Positions 22,921 to 31,757 of a DNA stretch of 64,000 nt are shown here, piece by piece. Made by a program: the position numbers and the translations under genes. The DNA is from Mycobacteriales bacterium (GTDB taxonomy: Bacteria > Actinomycetota > Actinomycetes > JAFAQI01 > DASSKL01): positions 63 to 64,062 of the forward strand of contig DASSKL010000102.1 in NCBI GenBank assembly GCA_035690485.1. The letters run 5' to 3'. The notes below the pieces were generated by a model, which had not been told where the DNA came from, did no database searches, and saw only the letters and a list, made by a program, of their open reading frames with translations. How positions within the stretch are numbered: position 1 is the stretch's first letter; each line of letters opens with the position of its first letter.

Positions 22921-24213
22921 ATGCTGAGCGCGCTCTACGACGGCCGTGCCGACCTGCGGTTCGCCGACGGCGCGCTGGCCGGGGAAGAGCTCGCCGGAGC
23001 CGTGGGGGCGATCGCCGCGCGCGTCACCGGGCACCGGCGGGTGCTGGTCGAGGCCACCCCGTCGCTGTCGACCGCGGTCGCGGTGGCGGGCGTGATCGCC
23101 GCCGGGGCGACCGCAGTCCCGCTGAACCCCGCCGCCGGCGTGGCAGAGCGCGAGCACGTGATCCGCGACAGCCAGCCCGACGCGTTCCTCGACCGGTTCG
23201 ACATCGGCGCGCGTGCGGACCTGCCCCCGGCACCGCCGGCCGACGAGGGCGCGGCGCTGATCATCTACACCTCGGGGACGACCGGCCCGCCCAAGGGCGC
23301 GGTGCTCCCCCGCCGCGCCCTGGCTTTCGACCTCGACGCGCTGGCCGACACCTGGGCGTGGACGGCCGCCGACGTGCTCGCACACGCGCTGCCGCTGTTC
23401 CACGTGCACGGCCTCGTGCTCGGCGTGCTCGGCCCGCTGCGGATCGGGTCGCCGCTGCGCCACCTGCCGCGGTTCGGGCCGTGTGACGCGTCGCTGTACT
23501 TCGCGGTGCCGACGATGTGGTCGCGGCTGTCCGGCGCAGACCTCGACGAGATGCGGGGCGCGCGGCTGCTCGTGTCGGGCTCGGCCGCGCTGCCGGTGCC
23601 GGTCTTCGAGCGCGTCGCGGCGCAGTCGGGGCACCGGGTCGCCGAACGCTACGGGCTGACCGAGACGCTGATCACGACCGCCGCGCGCGCCGGCGGCGAG
23701 CGCCGCCCGGGCTGCGTGGGCACCCCCCTCCCGGGGGTCGAGCTGCGGCTCGCCGACGTGTCCGACGGCATCGGAGAGGTGCACGTGCGCGGGCCGAGCG
23801 TCTTCAGCGGCTACCTCGACAACCCGTCGGCCACTGCGGCGGCGTACACCGAGGACGGCTGGTTCCGCACCGGCGACCTCGCGTCGTACGCCGACGACGG
23901 CCAGCTGCGCATCGTCGGCCGCAAGGCCACCGACCTGATCAAGTCCGGCGGCTACAAGATCGGCGCCGGCGAGGTCGAGAACGCCCTGCTCGGCCACCCG
24001 GCCGTCGCGGAAGCCGCGGTGCTCGGCCTCGCCGACGACGACCTCGGCGAGCGGATCGTCGCGTGGGTGGTCGCCGAGGGCGTCACCGGCGAAGCGCTGA
24101 TCGACCACGTAGCCCGGAGTCTCGCCCCGCACAAGCGGCCGCGGGAGATCCGCTTCGTCGAGTCACTGCCGAGAAACCCCATGGGCAAGGTGCAGAAGTC
24201 GCGCCTCGTCTAG
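22921..24213 (+). CDS. AMP-dependent acyl-CoA synthetase/ligase
   Basis: AMP-binding motif [14 protein letters not shown]-terminal ...[10 protein letters not shown]... and a PxxxxGK(V/I)xK tail. Confidence 0.88.
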   Translation: MLSALYDGRADLRFADGALAGEELAGAVGAIAARVTGHRRVLVEATPSLSTAVAVAGVIAAGATAVPLNPAAGVAEREHVIRDSQPDAFLDRFDIGARADLPPAPPADEGAALIIYTSGTTGPPKGAVLPRRALAFDLDALADTWAWTAADVLAHALPLFHVHGLVLGVLGPLRIGSPLRHLPRFGPCDASLYFAVPTMWSRLSGADLDEMRGARLLVSGSAALPVPVFERVAAQSGHRVAERYGLTETLITTAARAGGERRPGCVGTPLPGVELRLADVSDGIGEVHVRGPSVFSGYLDNPSATAAAYTEDGWFRTGDLASYADDGQLRIVGRKATDLIKSGGYKIGAGEVENALLGHPAVAEAAVLGLADDDLGERIVAWVVAEGVTGEALIDHVARSLAPHKRPREIRFVESLPRNPMGKVQKSRLV

Positions 24214-24238
24214 CGAAGCCCTGCGTGGCGGCTCGAGG

Positions 24239-24964
24239 CTAGAAAGGTGGCCACGGGATGGCGGGCCACTCCTCGGAGGGCTGCGGGTAGCGCGACGTCG
24301 TCAGCAGCCGGTCGACCCGAACGACCGTGGCAGCCACCTCGCGCGGCGCGAGCAGGGTGCACAGGGTCTCGCGGAGCGGGCCTTCGAGCAGCGCCCGCAC
24401 GGCCGACAGGGTGTCGAGCGCCTCGTCGGGCAGCCGCCGGCCGCGCCACTGCCACAGCAGCGTGCGCAGCTTGTCCTCGACCGAGAAGCACACGCCGTGG
24501 TCGACGCCGAACACGTGCCCGTCGGTGGTCGGCAGCAGGTGGCCGCCCTTGCGGTCGGCGTTGTTGACGACCGCGTCGAACACCGCCATCCGTTGCAGCT
24601 GCGGGTGGTCGGAGCGGGCCAGCGCGACCAGGTCCACGGTCTCGTCGACGTCGATCCAGAGCTGCACCATGCCGGGCCCGAACGGTCCGTCGCGCAGCAC
24701 GGTCGGCGGGGCGATGTCCCAGCCGGTGGCGGCGGACACGGCGTAGGCCGCGACCTCCCGGTAGGCCAGGGTGCCGGTCGGGAAGTCCCAGAGCGGCCGC
24801 TCCCCGGAGATCGGCTTGTAGACGCAGGCCGACTCGACGTCGTCGAGCGTGATCGTGCAGTAGAGCGTGGCGTTGGACGCGTCGAGGATCCGGCCTTCGA
24901 CCGTCATCGTCCCGTCGCGCAGCAGTCGCAGCGCGTCCTCCAGCGAGAGCGCCGGTGGGATCAC
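24239..24964 (-). CDS. SCO1664-family protein, PI3/PI4-kinase-like fold
   Basis: Catalytic-loop-like VVNNADRKGGHLL and FGVDHGVCF. The GTG at 24964 overlaps the DUF3090 stop (GTGA). The upstream part of the track ORF is low-complexity antisense. Confidence 0.75.
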   Translation of the reverse strand: MIPPALSLEDALRLLRDGTMTVEGRILDASNATLYCTITLDDVESACVYKPISGERPLWDFPTGTLAYREVAAYAVSAATGWDIAPPTVLRDGPFGPGMVQLWIDVDETVDLVALARSDHPQLQRMAVFDAVVNNADRKGGHLLPTTDGHVFGVDHGVCFSVEDKLRTLLWQWRGRRLPDEALDTLSAVRALLEGPLRETLCTLLAPREVAATVVRVDRLLTTSRYPQPSEEWPAIPWPPF

Positions 24965-25521
24965 CCGCGATGACCGTTCTGCCGGGGGCAGACGTGGCCG
25001 GCCGGGTCCATCGGCAGCCCGCACAGCTGGCAGGTCGGCCGGCCGGCCGCGACCAGCGACGACGCCCGCTTCGCGAACGCGCGCGCCGCCATCGGGGACA
25101 GGCGCACCCGCAGCAGGTCCGGCCCCTCGGTGGCGTCGTCCTCGACGAGGTCGGCGGCCTCGCCGCTCTCGCTCACGGCCTGCGCCTCGATCACGATCTG
25201 GCGCGTCTCGGGCTCCCATGCCAGCCCGATCGTGCCGACCCGGAAGTCCTCGAGCAGCGGCGTGTCGAGGGGGGCCAGATCCTCGGCCTCGGCGGGCACG
25301 GTCACCGGCACGTCGGAGTCGGCCCCCTCGCGGCGGCGCACCTCGTCGAGGATCTGGTCGACCCGCTCCGCGAGGGCTGAGACCTGCACCTTCTCCAGCG
25401 CCGCGCTGACCAGCCGCCCCGCGCCCGTGGCCTGCAGGTAGAAGGTCCGCTCGCCGGGCGCGCCGACCGTGCCCGCGACGAACCGGTCCGGTGGGTCGAA
25501 CTCGTGGACCTGTCGCGGCAT
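24961..25521 (-). CDS. DUF3090-family protein
   Basis: 186 aa. N-terminus MPRQVHEFDPPDRFVAGTVGAPGERTFYLQA and C-terminal Cys/His knuckle CQLCGLPMDPAGHVCPRQNGH are characteristic of this actinobacterial family. Confidence 0.75.
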   Translation of the reverse strand: MPRQVHEFDPPDRFVAGTVGAPGERTFYLQATGAGRLVSAALEKVQVSALAERVDQILDEVRRREGADSDVPVTVPAEAEDLAPLDTPLLEDFRVGTIGLAWEPETRQIVIEAQAVSESGEAADLVEDDATEGPDLLRVRLSPMAARAFAKRASSLVAAGRPTCQLCGLPMDPAGHVCPRQNGHRG

Positions 25522-25557
25522 GCGGTCACCCTATGTCGACCGGGACGCGACGAAACG

Positions 25558-26244
25558 TCAGGCGGAGCCGCCCGCGCCGCCTCCGACGGCGGCGTCGGAG
25601 GAGGCCTTGCGACGGCGCCGGCCCTTGGGTGGGCGCAGGTCGTCGACACTGCCTCCGCTGTCGTTGAGACGGAGCACGAAAGGACGCAGCGGGGTGTAGC
25701 GGATCACCGTCAGCGAGCACGGGTTGACCGTGATCCGCTGAAAGGCGTCGAGGTGCATCCCCAGGGCGTCGGCCGCGATCGCCTTGATGACGTCGCCGTG
25801 GCTGACCGCGCACCACGTCGCCTCCCCGCCGAGCCGGGCGTCCCAGTCCCGCACGGCGGCCAGCGCCCGGGCCTGCGTGTCGCGCAGCGCCTCGCCCTCG
25901 GGGAACGTCACCGCCGACGGATGGGCCTGCACCACCTTCCACAGCGGGTCCTTGACCAGCTTCTTGATCTCCTGGCCGGTCCAGGCGCCGTAGCGGCACT
26001 CCCCCAGCCGCTCGTCGGTCTGCACCTCCAGGTCACGCCCGGCGGCGATCGCGGCCGCAGTGTCCTGGCAGCGCTCGAGCGGGCTGGACACCAGGGCTGC
26101 CAGCGGCAGGCCGGCCAGCCGCTCACCCAGCGCGCGGGCCTGCTCGCGGCCGCGGTCGTCGAGGTGCACGCCCGGCGTCCAACCGGTGAGCACCGGCCCG
26201 GTCTGCTCGGTGAGCCCGTGCCGGACGAGCAGCAGCGTTCCCAT
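25558..26244 (-). CDS. Histidine-phosphatase superfamily protein (MSMEG_4193-type probable phosphomutase)
   Basis: MGTLLLVRHGLTE (RHG motif) and a later ...VSHGDVIK histidine. ATG at 26244. It is the third member of the conserved trio. Confidence 0.8.
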   Translation of the reverse strand: MGTLLLVRHGLTEQTGPVLTGWTPGVHLDDRGREQARALGERLAGLPLAALVSSPLERCQDTAAAIAAGRDLEVQTDERLGECRYGAWTGQEIKKLVKDPLWKVVQAHPSAVTFPEGEALRDTQARALAAVRDWDARLGGEATWCAVSHGDVIKAIAADALGMHLDAFQRITVNPCSLTVIRYTPLRPFVLRLNDSGGSVDDLRPPKGRRRRKASSDAAVGGGAGGSA

Positions 26245-26271
26245 GGTGGGGCGACGGTAGCCTGCGCAGCC

Positions 26272-27240
26272 GTGGACCAACGCCGCCTGGGTCGCACCGG
26301 CCTCTACGTCTCCCGGCTCGCCCTCGGCACGATGACGTGGGGGCGGGACACCGACGAGGACGACGCGGCGGCGCAGCTGTCGACGTTCCTCGACGCGGGC
26401 GGCACGCTGGTCGACACCGCCGACGTCTACGTCGACGGCGAGAGCGAGCGGATCCTCGGCCGGCTGCTCCGTGACGGCAGCCACCGCGAGCGGGTCGTGC
26501 TGGCCACCAAGGCCGTCTCGGTGCGCGGGGGTGACCGCCGCCGGGACGCGTCACGGCGGCACCTGCTCGCCGCCCTCGACGCGTCGCTCGAGCGGTTGCA
26601 GACGGCGTACGTCGACCTGTGGCAGCTGCACGCCTACGACCCCGACACGCCGCTCGACGAGACGCTGGCCGCGCTCGATGCCGCGGTGTCGTCGGGCCGC
26701 GCCCGCTACGTCGGGATCTCCAACTACAACGGCTGGCAGACCGCGAAAGCTGCGACGTGGCAGCAGGCGTGGCCGGGCCGTGCCCCGATCGTGTCGACGC
26801 AGATGGAGTACTCGCTGCTGCAGCGCGGGATCGAGCGCGAGGTCCTGCCGGCCGCGATGGACCTCGGTGTCGGGGTCCTGCCGTGGTCACCGCTGGGCCG
26901 CGGGGTGCTGACCGGCAAGTACCGCGAGGGCACGCCGGCCGACTCGCGCGGCGCGTCGCCGCAGTACAGCCGGTTCGTGCAGCCCTACCTCGGTGAGCGG
27001 GCAGACCGAATCGTCGGCGCGGTGCTCACCGCGGCCGACGGGCTCGGGGTCTCCCCGGTCGCGGTGGCACTGGCCTGGGCGCGCGACCGGCCCGGCGTCG
27101 TCGCGCCGATCGTGGGGGCGCGCACCGCCGGGCAGCTGGCCGGATCCCTCGACGCGGAGAACGTCGTGCTGCCCGCAGAGATCGTCGCGGCGCTCGACGA
27201 CGTGTCGGCGCCGAGGCGCAGCTACCCGGAGCACTTCTGA
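26272..27240 (+). CDS. Aldo/keto reductase
   Basis: RRLGRTGLYVSRLALGTMTWG..., DTADVY, and the rest of the AKR (Tas/YajO-like) layout. GTG at 26272. Confidence 0.88.
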   Translation: MDQRRLGRTGLYVSRLALGTMTWGRDTDEDDAAAQLSTFLDAGGTLVDTADVYVDGESERILGRLLRDGSHRERVVLATKAVSVRGGDRRRDASRRHLLAALDASLERLQTAYVDLWQLHAYDPDTPLDETLAALDAAVSSGRARYVGISNYNGWQTAKAATWQQAWPGRAPIVSTQMEYSLLQRGIEREVLPAAMDLGVGVLPWSPLGRGVLTGKYREGTPADSRGASPQYSRFVQPYLGERADRIVGAVLTAADGLGVSPVAVALAWARDRPGVVAPIVGARTAGQLAGSLDAENVVLPAEIVAALDDVSAPRRSYPEHF

Positions 27241-27425
27241 CCCCGGAGCTGTTCGCGGCGCTGCGCGCGGCGCCGGGGCTGCTCGCCGCGGCGGCCGAGG
27301 GGCCGCGGGACCTCGCGCGGGCGACCCGGCTGCGGTCGGCGTGGCCGCCCGACCTGGTCGCGGCCGCCTTCGCCCAGGCCGAGCTGCGGGAGCGAGCCGC
27401 GGCGAAGTTCGATCGGGCGGCGGCC

Positions 27426-28397
27426 ATGTTCTTCACCCGTGAGGGGCTGGAGCAGGCCTCCTCGGAGCTGGTCGCACGACACCGCGCCGGGCGGGTGGCG
27501 CCGGGCCGGGTGGTCGACCTGTGCTGCGGGATCGGCGGTGACCTGCTGGCCCTGGGCGACGGGCGCGAGACCTGCGGCGTCGACCGCGACCCGGTGCACG
27601 CGGCGATGGCCGAGCACAACGCCTCGGTCTACGGAGTGGCGGCCGCGGCACGGGTCGAGGACGTGCGCGACACCGACCTCTCCGCTGCCGACGCCGTCTT
27701 CGTCGACCCGGCCCGCCGGGACGAGCACGGCCGAGCGCACGGCCGGTCGGAGCCGCCGCTGGACTGGTGCTTCGGGCTCGCCGACCGGGTGGCGCAGGTG
27801 ACCGTCAAGGCCGCGCCGGGTCTCGACCGCTCCGCTGTCCCCGCCGGCTGGGAGACCGAGTTCGTGGCGGTGGGTCGCGATCTCAAGGAGGCCGTGCTGT
27901 GGTCGCCGGCCTACGCGACGACGGCCTCGCGGGCCACCGTCCTGCCCGGCGGCCACACGCTCGTGCCCTGCGACGGTCCTCCGGTGGCGACGGCTCCGCC
28001 CGCGGCGTACCTCCTCGACCCCAGCCCTGCCGTCACGCGGGCGGGGGCGGTCGAGGAGCTGGCCCGGATGCTCGGCGCGTGCAAGATCGACGACCGCATC
28101 GCGTTCCTGACCACCGACCGGCCCGTGCGTACGCCGTTCGGCCGCTGCCTGCGCGTGCTGGAGTCGATGCCGTGGCGGCTGCGTGACATCAAGGCGGCCG
28201 TGCGCCGGCACGAGGTGGGCGCCCTGGACGTACGCCGCAGAGGGCTGGCCGGCGACGTCGCCGCCATCCGGCGCCGGCTGCCCCTGGCCGGACCGACCCG
28301 GGCGGTGCTCGTCATGACCCGCGTGTCGGACCGGCCATGGGCGCTGTTGTGCCTCCCCGACGACGGCGGCAGGGCAGAATGGGCGGGCGATGGCTGA
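27426..28397 (+). CDS. Class I SAM-dependent methyltransferase (THUMP-like C-terminal region)
   Basis: Motif I VVDLCCGIGGD. Coordinates are from the first ATG. The 63 codons upstream (27237-27425) are open and strongly coding-like, so the true start may be non-canonical (see findings). Confidence 0.75.
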   Translation: MFFTREGLEQASSELVARHRAGRVAPGRVVDLCCGIGGDLLALGDGRETCGVDRDPVHAAMAEHNASVYGVAAAARVEDVRDTDLSAADAVFVDPARRDEHGRAHGRSEPPLDWCFGLADRVAQVTVKAAPGLDRSAVPAGWETEFVAVGRDLKEAVLWSPAYATTASRATVLPGGHTLVPCDGPPVATAPPAAYLLDPSPAVTRAGAVEELARMLGACKIDDRIAFLTTDRPVRTPFGRCLRVLESMPWRLRDIKAAVRRHEVGALDVRRRGLAGDVAAIRRRLPLAGPTRAVLVMTRVSDRPWALLCLPDDGGRAEWAGDG

Positions 28398-28575
28398 CTG
28401 GGAGTACCAGCGGATGTACCTCCCGCGCGGCACCTCCCGGCGGGCGGCGCAGCGCGTGCTGACCGACCACGCGGAGTACGGGCACTGGGAGCTCGACCGG
28501 CTGCGCCTCTACCCCGACGGCAGCCGGCGCGTGATCCTCCGCCGGAAGATCATCCGGGTCCGCGCGACGCTCTAG
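28390..28575 (+). CDS. DUF5703-family small protein
   Basis: 61 aa: MADWEYQRMYLPRGTSRRAAQRVLTDHAEYGHWELDRLRLYPDGSRRV... It overlaps the methyltransferase stop by 8 nt. Confidence 0.7.
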   Translation: MADWEYQRMYLPRGTSRRAAQRVLTDHAEYGHWELDRLRLYPDGSRRVILRRKIIRVRATL

Positions 28576-28587
28576 CCGGCCGGCCCT

Positions 28588-29904
28588 CTAGCAGGTGGCG
28601 AGAAGGCGGTCGAGGACGCGTACGCCGAACTTCAGGCCCTCGATCGACACCCGCTCGTCGACGCCGTGGAACATGCCCATGAAGTCGAGCTCGGGCGGCA
28701 GCCGAAGCGGTGAGAAGCCGAAGCAACGCATGCCGAGCCGCGAGAACGACTTGGCGTCGGTGCCACCCGACAGGCAGTAGGGCACCGGCCGCGCGTCGGG
28801 GTCCTCCGCGCGCACGGCGGCGACCATCGCATCGACCAGCGGGCCGTCGAACGTCGTCTCGTAGGCGATGTCGTGGTGCACCATCTCGCGCTCGACGCCC
28901 GGGCCGAGCAGCTCGTCGATCGCGGCGAAGAACTCGTCCTCGAAACCCGGCAGGAAGCGCCCGTCGACCTGCGCGTGCGCGGCCTGCGGGATGACGTTGA
29001 CCTTGTAGCCGGCCTCGAGCATCGAGGGGTTCGCGGTGCTGCGCAGAGTCGCGTGCAGTGCCTTGGCGACCGGCCCGAGCTTGGTCAGTGTCGCCTCCAG
29101 CTCGGCGTCGGTGGCGGTCTGCGGATCCAGCTGCAGGCCGAGCGCCGCGGCCGCCTCGACGAGGAACGCCCGCACGGTGGGCGTGAGGCGCACCGGGAAC
29201 TCGTGCGCGCCGATCCGGGCGACGGCAGCTGCCAGGGCCGTCACCGCGTTGTCGGCGTTGATCATCGAGCCGTGCCCGGCGCGGCCGCGGGCGGTCAACC
29301 GCATCCAGGCCATGCCCTTCTCCGCGGTCTCGATCGGGTAGAGCCGGCGGTCGCCGACCGTAATGCTGAATCCCCCGACCTCGCTGATCGCCTCGGTGCA
29401 GCCCTCGAAGAGTCCGGGGTGCTGGTCGACGAGGTAGCGCGCGCCGAAGACCCCGCCCGCCTCCTCGTCGGCGACGAACGCGACGACGACGTCACGCGGG
29501 GGCTTTCGCCCACTGCGGGCCACGTCGCGGACAACCGCGAGCGTCATCGCGTCCATGTCCTTCATGTCGACGGCCCCGCGGCCCCAGATGCAACCGTCGC
29601 GGATCTCCCCGGAGAAGGGGTGCACGCTCCAGTCGGCGGCATCGGCCGGCACGACGTCGAGGTGGCCGTGGATGAGCAGTGCTCCCCGTGAGGGGTCGGC
29701 TCCAGGGATGCGTGTCACGACGCTGGCCCGGCCCGGCTGCGACTCGTAGACCTCGGGGGTGAGCCCGACGTCGGAGAGCTTCTCCGCGACGTACTCCGCC
29801 GCCTTGCGCTCGTTGCTCGTGGGATTGGCCGAGTCGATGCGGATGAGATCACGGCAGAGGTCGACGACCTCCTGCTCGGCGGCGGTCGGCTCGGCGGCGG
29901 GCAC
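28588..29904 (-). CDS. M20/M25/M40 family metallopeptidase
   Basis: HGHLDVVP, ADEEAGG, and the dimerisation-domain layout. I prefer the GTG at 29904 (AAGGAG 4 nt upstream). The track ORF extends to the ATG at 29949. Confidence 0.88.
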   Translation of the reverse strand: MPAAEPTAAEQEVVDLCRDLIRIDSANPTSNERKAAEYVAEKLSDVGLTPEVYESQPGRASVVTRIPGADPSRGALLIHGHLDVVPADAADWSVHPFSGEIRDGCIWGRGAVDMKDMDAMTLAVVRDVARSGRKPPRDVVVAFVADEEAGGVFGARYLVDQHPGLFEGCTEAISEVGGFSITVGDRRLYPIETAEKGMAWMRLTARGRAGHGSMINADNAVTALAAAVARIGAHEFPVRLTPTVRAFLVEAAAALGLQLDPQTATDAELEATLTKLGPVAKALHATLRSTANPSMLEAGYKVNVIPQAAHAQVDGRFLPGFEDEFFAAIDELLGPGVEREMVHHDIAYETTFDGPLVDAMVAAVRAEDPDARPVPYCLSGGTDAKSFSRLGMRCFGFSPLRLPPELDFMGMFHGVDERVSIEGLKFGVRVLDRLLATC

Positions 29905-29998
29905 GGTGCTCCTTCGTTGACGGCTGCTCCGGACTGCAGCCTGCAGCATCCCGAGCGGCGGTTCCAGTCGCCCGCGGCGCCCGAAGGCCGGCGCCCAC

Positions 29999-31129
29999 GT
30001 GCTTCAGGCGGTGTTCCGCGGCGCCGACGTGATCGGTATGGGGTCGTTCGTCGGCATCCGCGGCCGCGCCGTGCGCTGCGCCGCCGTTGCCGTCGTGGCC
30101 GCGGGCGCCGTGCTGCCCTTCGCCCGTCCCGCCGGAGCCGAGTCGGTCTCCGACGCCCAGGCGAAGGCGCGCGCGATCCTGGCGCAGGTGCAGCAGCTGC
30201 AGAAGCAGGCGACCACGGCTGCGTCGTCGTACGACGCCGCGCTGACCGACCTCGGCGCGAGCGTCACGCAGGGGGTGCTCGCCCAGCGCGCCGCGCAGCA
30301 GCTCGCGAACGAAGCCGACGCTGCCCAGCAGCAGGTCAACGACCGGGTTAGAGGGCTCTACATGTCGGGCGGGCCGCTGGCGCTCTACGCCTCCGTGCTC
30401 GACGCGGACAGCTTCGCGGACCTGTCCGGTCGGCTGACCTACGTGCGCGCGGTCGTCTCGATCGACAAGTCGGTGTCCGACGCGCTCGCCGGCGAAGCCC
30501 GGCAGGCCGACGTGACGGCCGGCGCGGCCGCGGCACGGGTCACCGCCAAGGTCGAGACCGCGCGGTCGGTGCAGCAGGTGTCGGATCGCATGCAGGCACT
30601 GCTCGACCAGGAGCAGCAGCTGCTCGACCAGGCGCAGGCACGGGTCGGCACGCTGCAGGCGATCGAGTCGGCGCGGGCGGAGCTGGCCGCGCAACGGCTC
30701 GCGATCGCCCGGATCACCACCGCGCAGGCCTCCGCAGTCGGCATCCTGCCGGGCTCCGCGGACTACATGGCGCTCTACCACTCGGCAGCCGCGACGTGTC
30801 CGGGGTTGTCGTGGACCGTGCTCGCCGCCATCGGGCAGGTGGAGAGCGGGCACGGGCGGGACACGTCCACGTCGTACGCCGGCGCCATGGGGCCGATGCA
30901 GTTCCTGCCGGCGACCTTCGCCGCGAACGCCGTGGACGGCGACGGCGACGGGGTCGTCAACATCCTGGATCCGGCGGACGCGATCTTCACCGCTGCCCGC
31001 TACCTGTGCCGCAACGGAGCGGCGACGTCGGGCGGTCTCTACACCGCGATCTGGAACTACAACCACGCCGACTGGTACGTCCAGATGGTGCTCGCGCTGG
31101 CCGCGAAGTACGCCGGGACGCCGGGCTGA
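29999..31129 (+). CDS. Secreted coiled-coil protein with C-terminal lytic transglycosylase (SLT-like) domain
   Basis: Signal-like N-terminus. About 200 aa of heptad-rich Ala/Gln/Leu sequence. Then ...AAIGQVESGHGR...GPMQFLPATF...DPADAIFTAARYL, a catalytic E-S motif region. The start could also be the ATG at 30038. Confidence 0.8.
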   Translation: MLQAVFRGADVIGMGSFVGIRGRAVRCAAVAVVAAGAVLPFARPAGAESVSDAQAKARAILAQVQQLQKQATTAASSYDAALTDLGASVTQGVLAQRAAQQLANEADAAQQQVNDRVRGLYMSGGPLALYASVLDADSFADLSGRLTYVRAVVSIDKSVSDALAGEARQADVTAGAAAARVTAKVETARSVQQVSDRMQALLDQEQQLLDQAQARVGTLQAIESARAELAAQRLAIARITTAQASAVGILPGSADYMALYHSAAATCPGLSWTVLAAIGQVESGHGRDTSTSYAGAMGPMQFLPATFAANAVDGDGDGVVNILDPADAIFTAARYLCRNGAATSGGLYTAIWNYNHADWYVQMVLALAAKYAGTPG

Positions 31130-31209
31130 GGCCCGCCGCGATCGTGTAGCGTTGGCTCTCGCTGCGGCCGGTGGAGCGACCCCTGTCACGGGGAACCGGC
31201 GCAGTCCAA

Positions 31210-31295
31210 GTCCGAGTGGCGGAATGGCAGACGCGCTAGGTTGAGGGCCTAGTGCCCGCAAGGGCGTGGGGGTTCAACTCCCCCCTCGGACACCA
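31210..31295 (+). tRNA. tRNA-Leu (anticodon GAG), type II with long variable arm, CCA encoded
   Basis: Acceptor GTCCGAG/CTCGGAC. Anticodon stem CTAGG/CCTAG with loop TT-GAG-GG. Long variable arm TGCCCGCAAGGGCGT. T-arm GGGGG-TTCAACT-CCCCC. Discriminator A plus CCA. Confidence 0.93.
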
Positions 31296-31347
31296 CCTGG
31301 CGCATCGTTCGGCGGAGCGGCGTTGCCGTGCGATCGCCGACCCACTG

Positions 31348-31722
31348 TCAAGCGCGGGCCTTCGTCGACGCGCGCCCGCCGACCAGGTCGACCGTCAACG
31401 GCGAGGTGTACTTCGCACGGATCTCGGCGGCGCGTCGCATGGCGGTGATGCCCTGGTCCACCGTGAGCAGCGGGGTGGTCTTGTAGGACCGCAGGGCGCC
31501 ACCGCTCGTCACGGCAAGAGCGAAACCCGCGGCGTCCTCCGCCGTCGGGAAGTCGATGATGCAGACCAGATCGGCGTCTCCGAACGCGTAGTACACCGAC
31601 TCGATCTTGCCCTTCGCCGCCTTGACGGCCGGCGTGATCCGGTCCACGACATTCGGTTGCGTTTCGACCTGGCTATTCCATGCCTGGGGTGTGTAACCGA
31701 CCTCGATCAGGTAGTGAGCCAT
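31348..31722 (-). CDS. GYD-domain protein
   Basis: 124 aa. MAHYLIEVGYTPQAW... then ...VYYAFGDADLVCIIDFPTAEDAAGFALAV matches the alpha/beta GYD-family pattern. Confidence 0.7.
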   Translation of the reverse strand: MAHYLIEVGYTPQAWNSQVETQPNVVDRITPAVKAAKGKIESVYYAFGDADLVCIIDFPTAEDAAGFALAVTSGGALRSYKTTPLLTVDQGITAMRRAAEIRAKYTSPLTVDLVGGRASTKARA

Positions 31723-31757
31723 CTGCGGCCCCCCTTCCGGCGCCGTGTTCTCCGCGA

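Noticed and set aside
29905-30037. A possible c-di-AMP (ydaO-type) riboswitch upstream of the coiled-coil/SLT cell-wall hydrolase gene. Such genes often carry one in Actinobacteria.
   Set aside because: Only fragmentary resemblance: GAGCGGCGGUUCCA against GAGCGGGGGACCCA, and a CCCGAAGG… segment. These are separated by about 13 nt where the real motif needs about 70 nt, including the GGGGUGAAUC core. The leader is too short. A cmsearch with the ydaO model would settle it, and I expect no hit.
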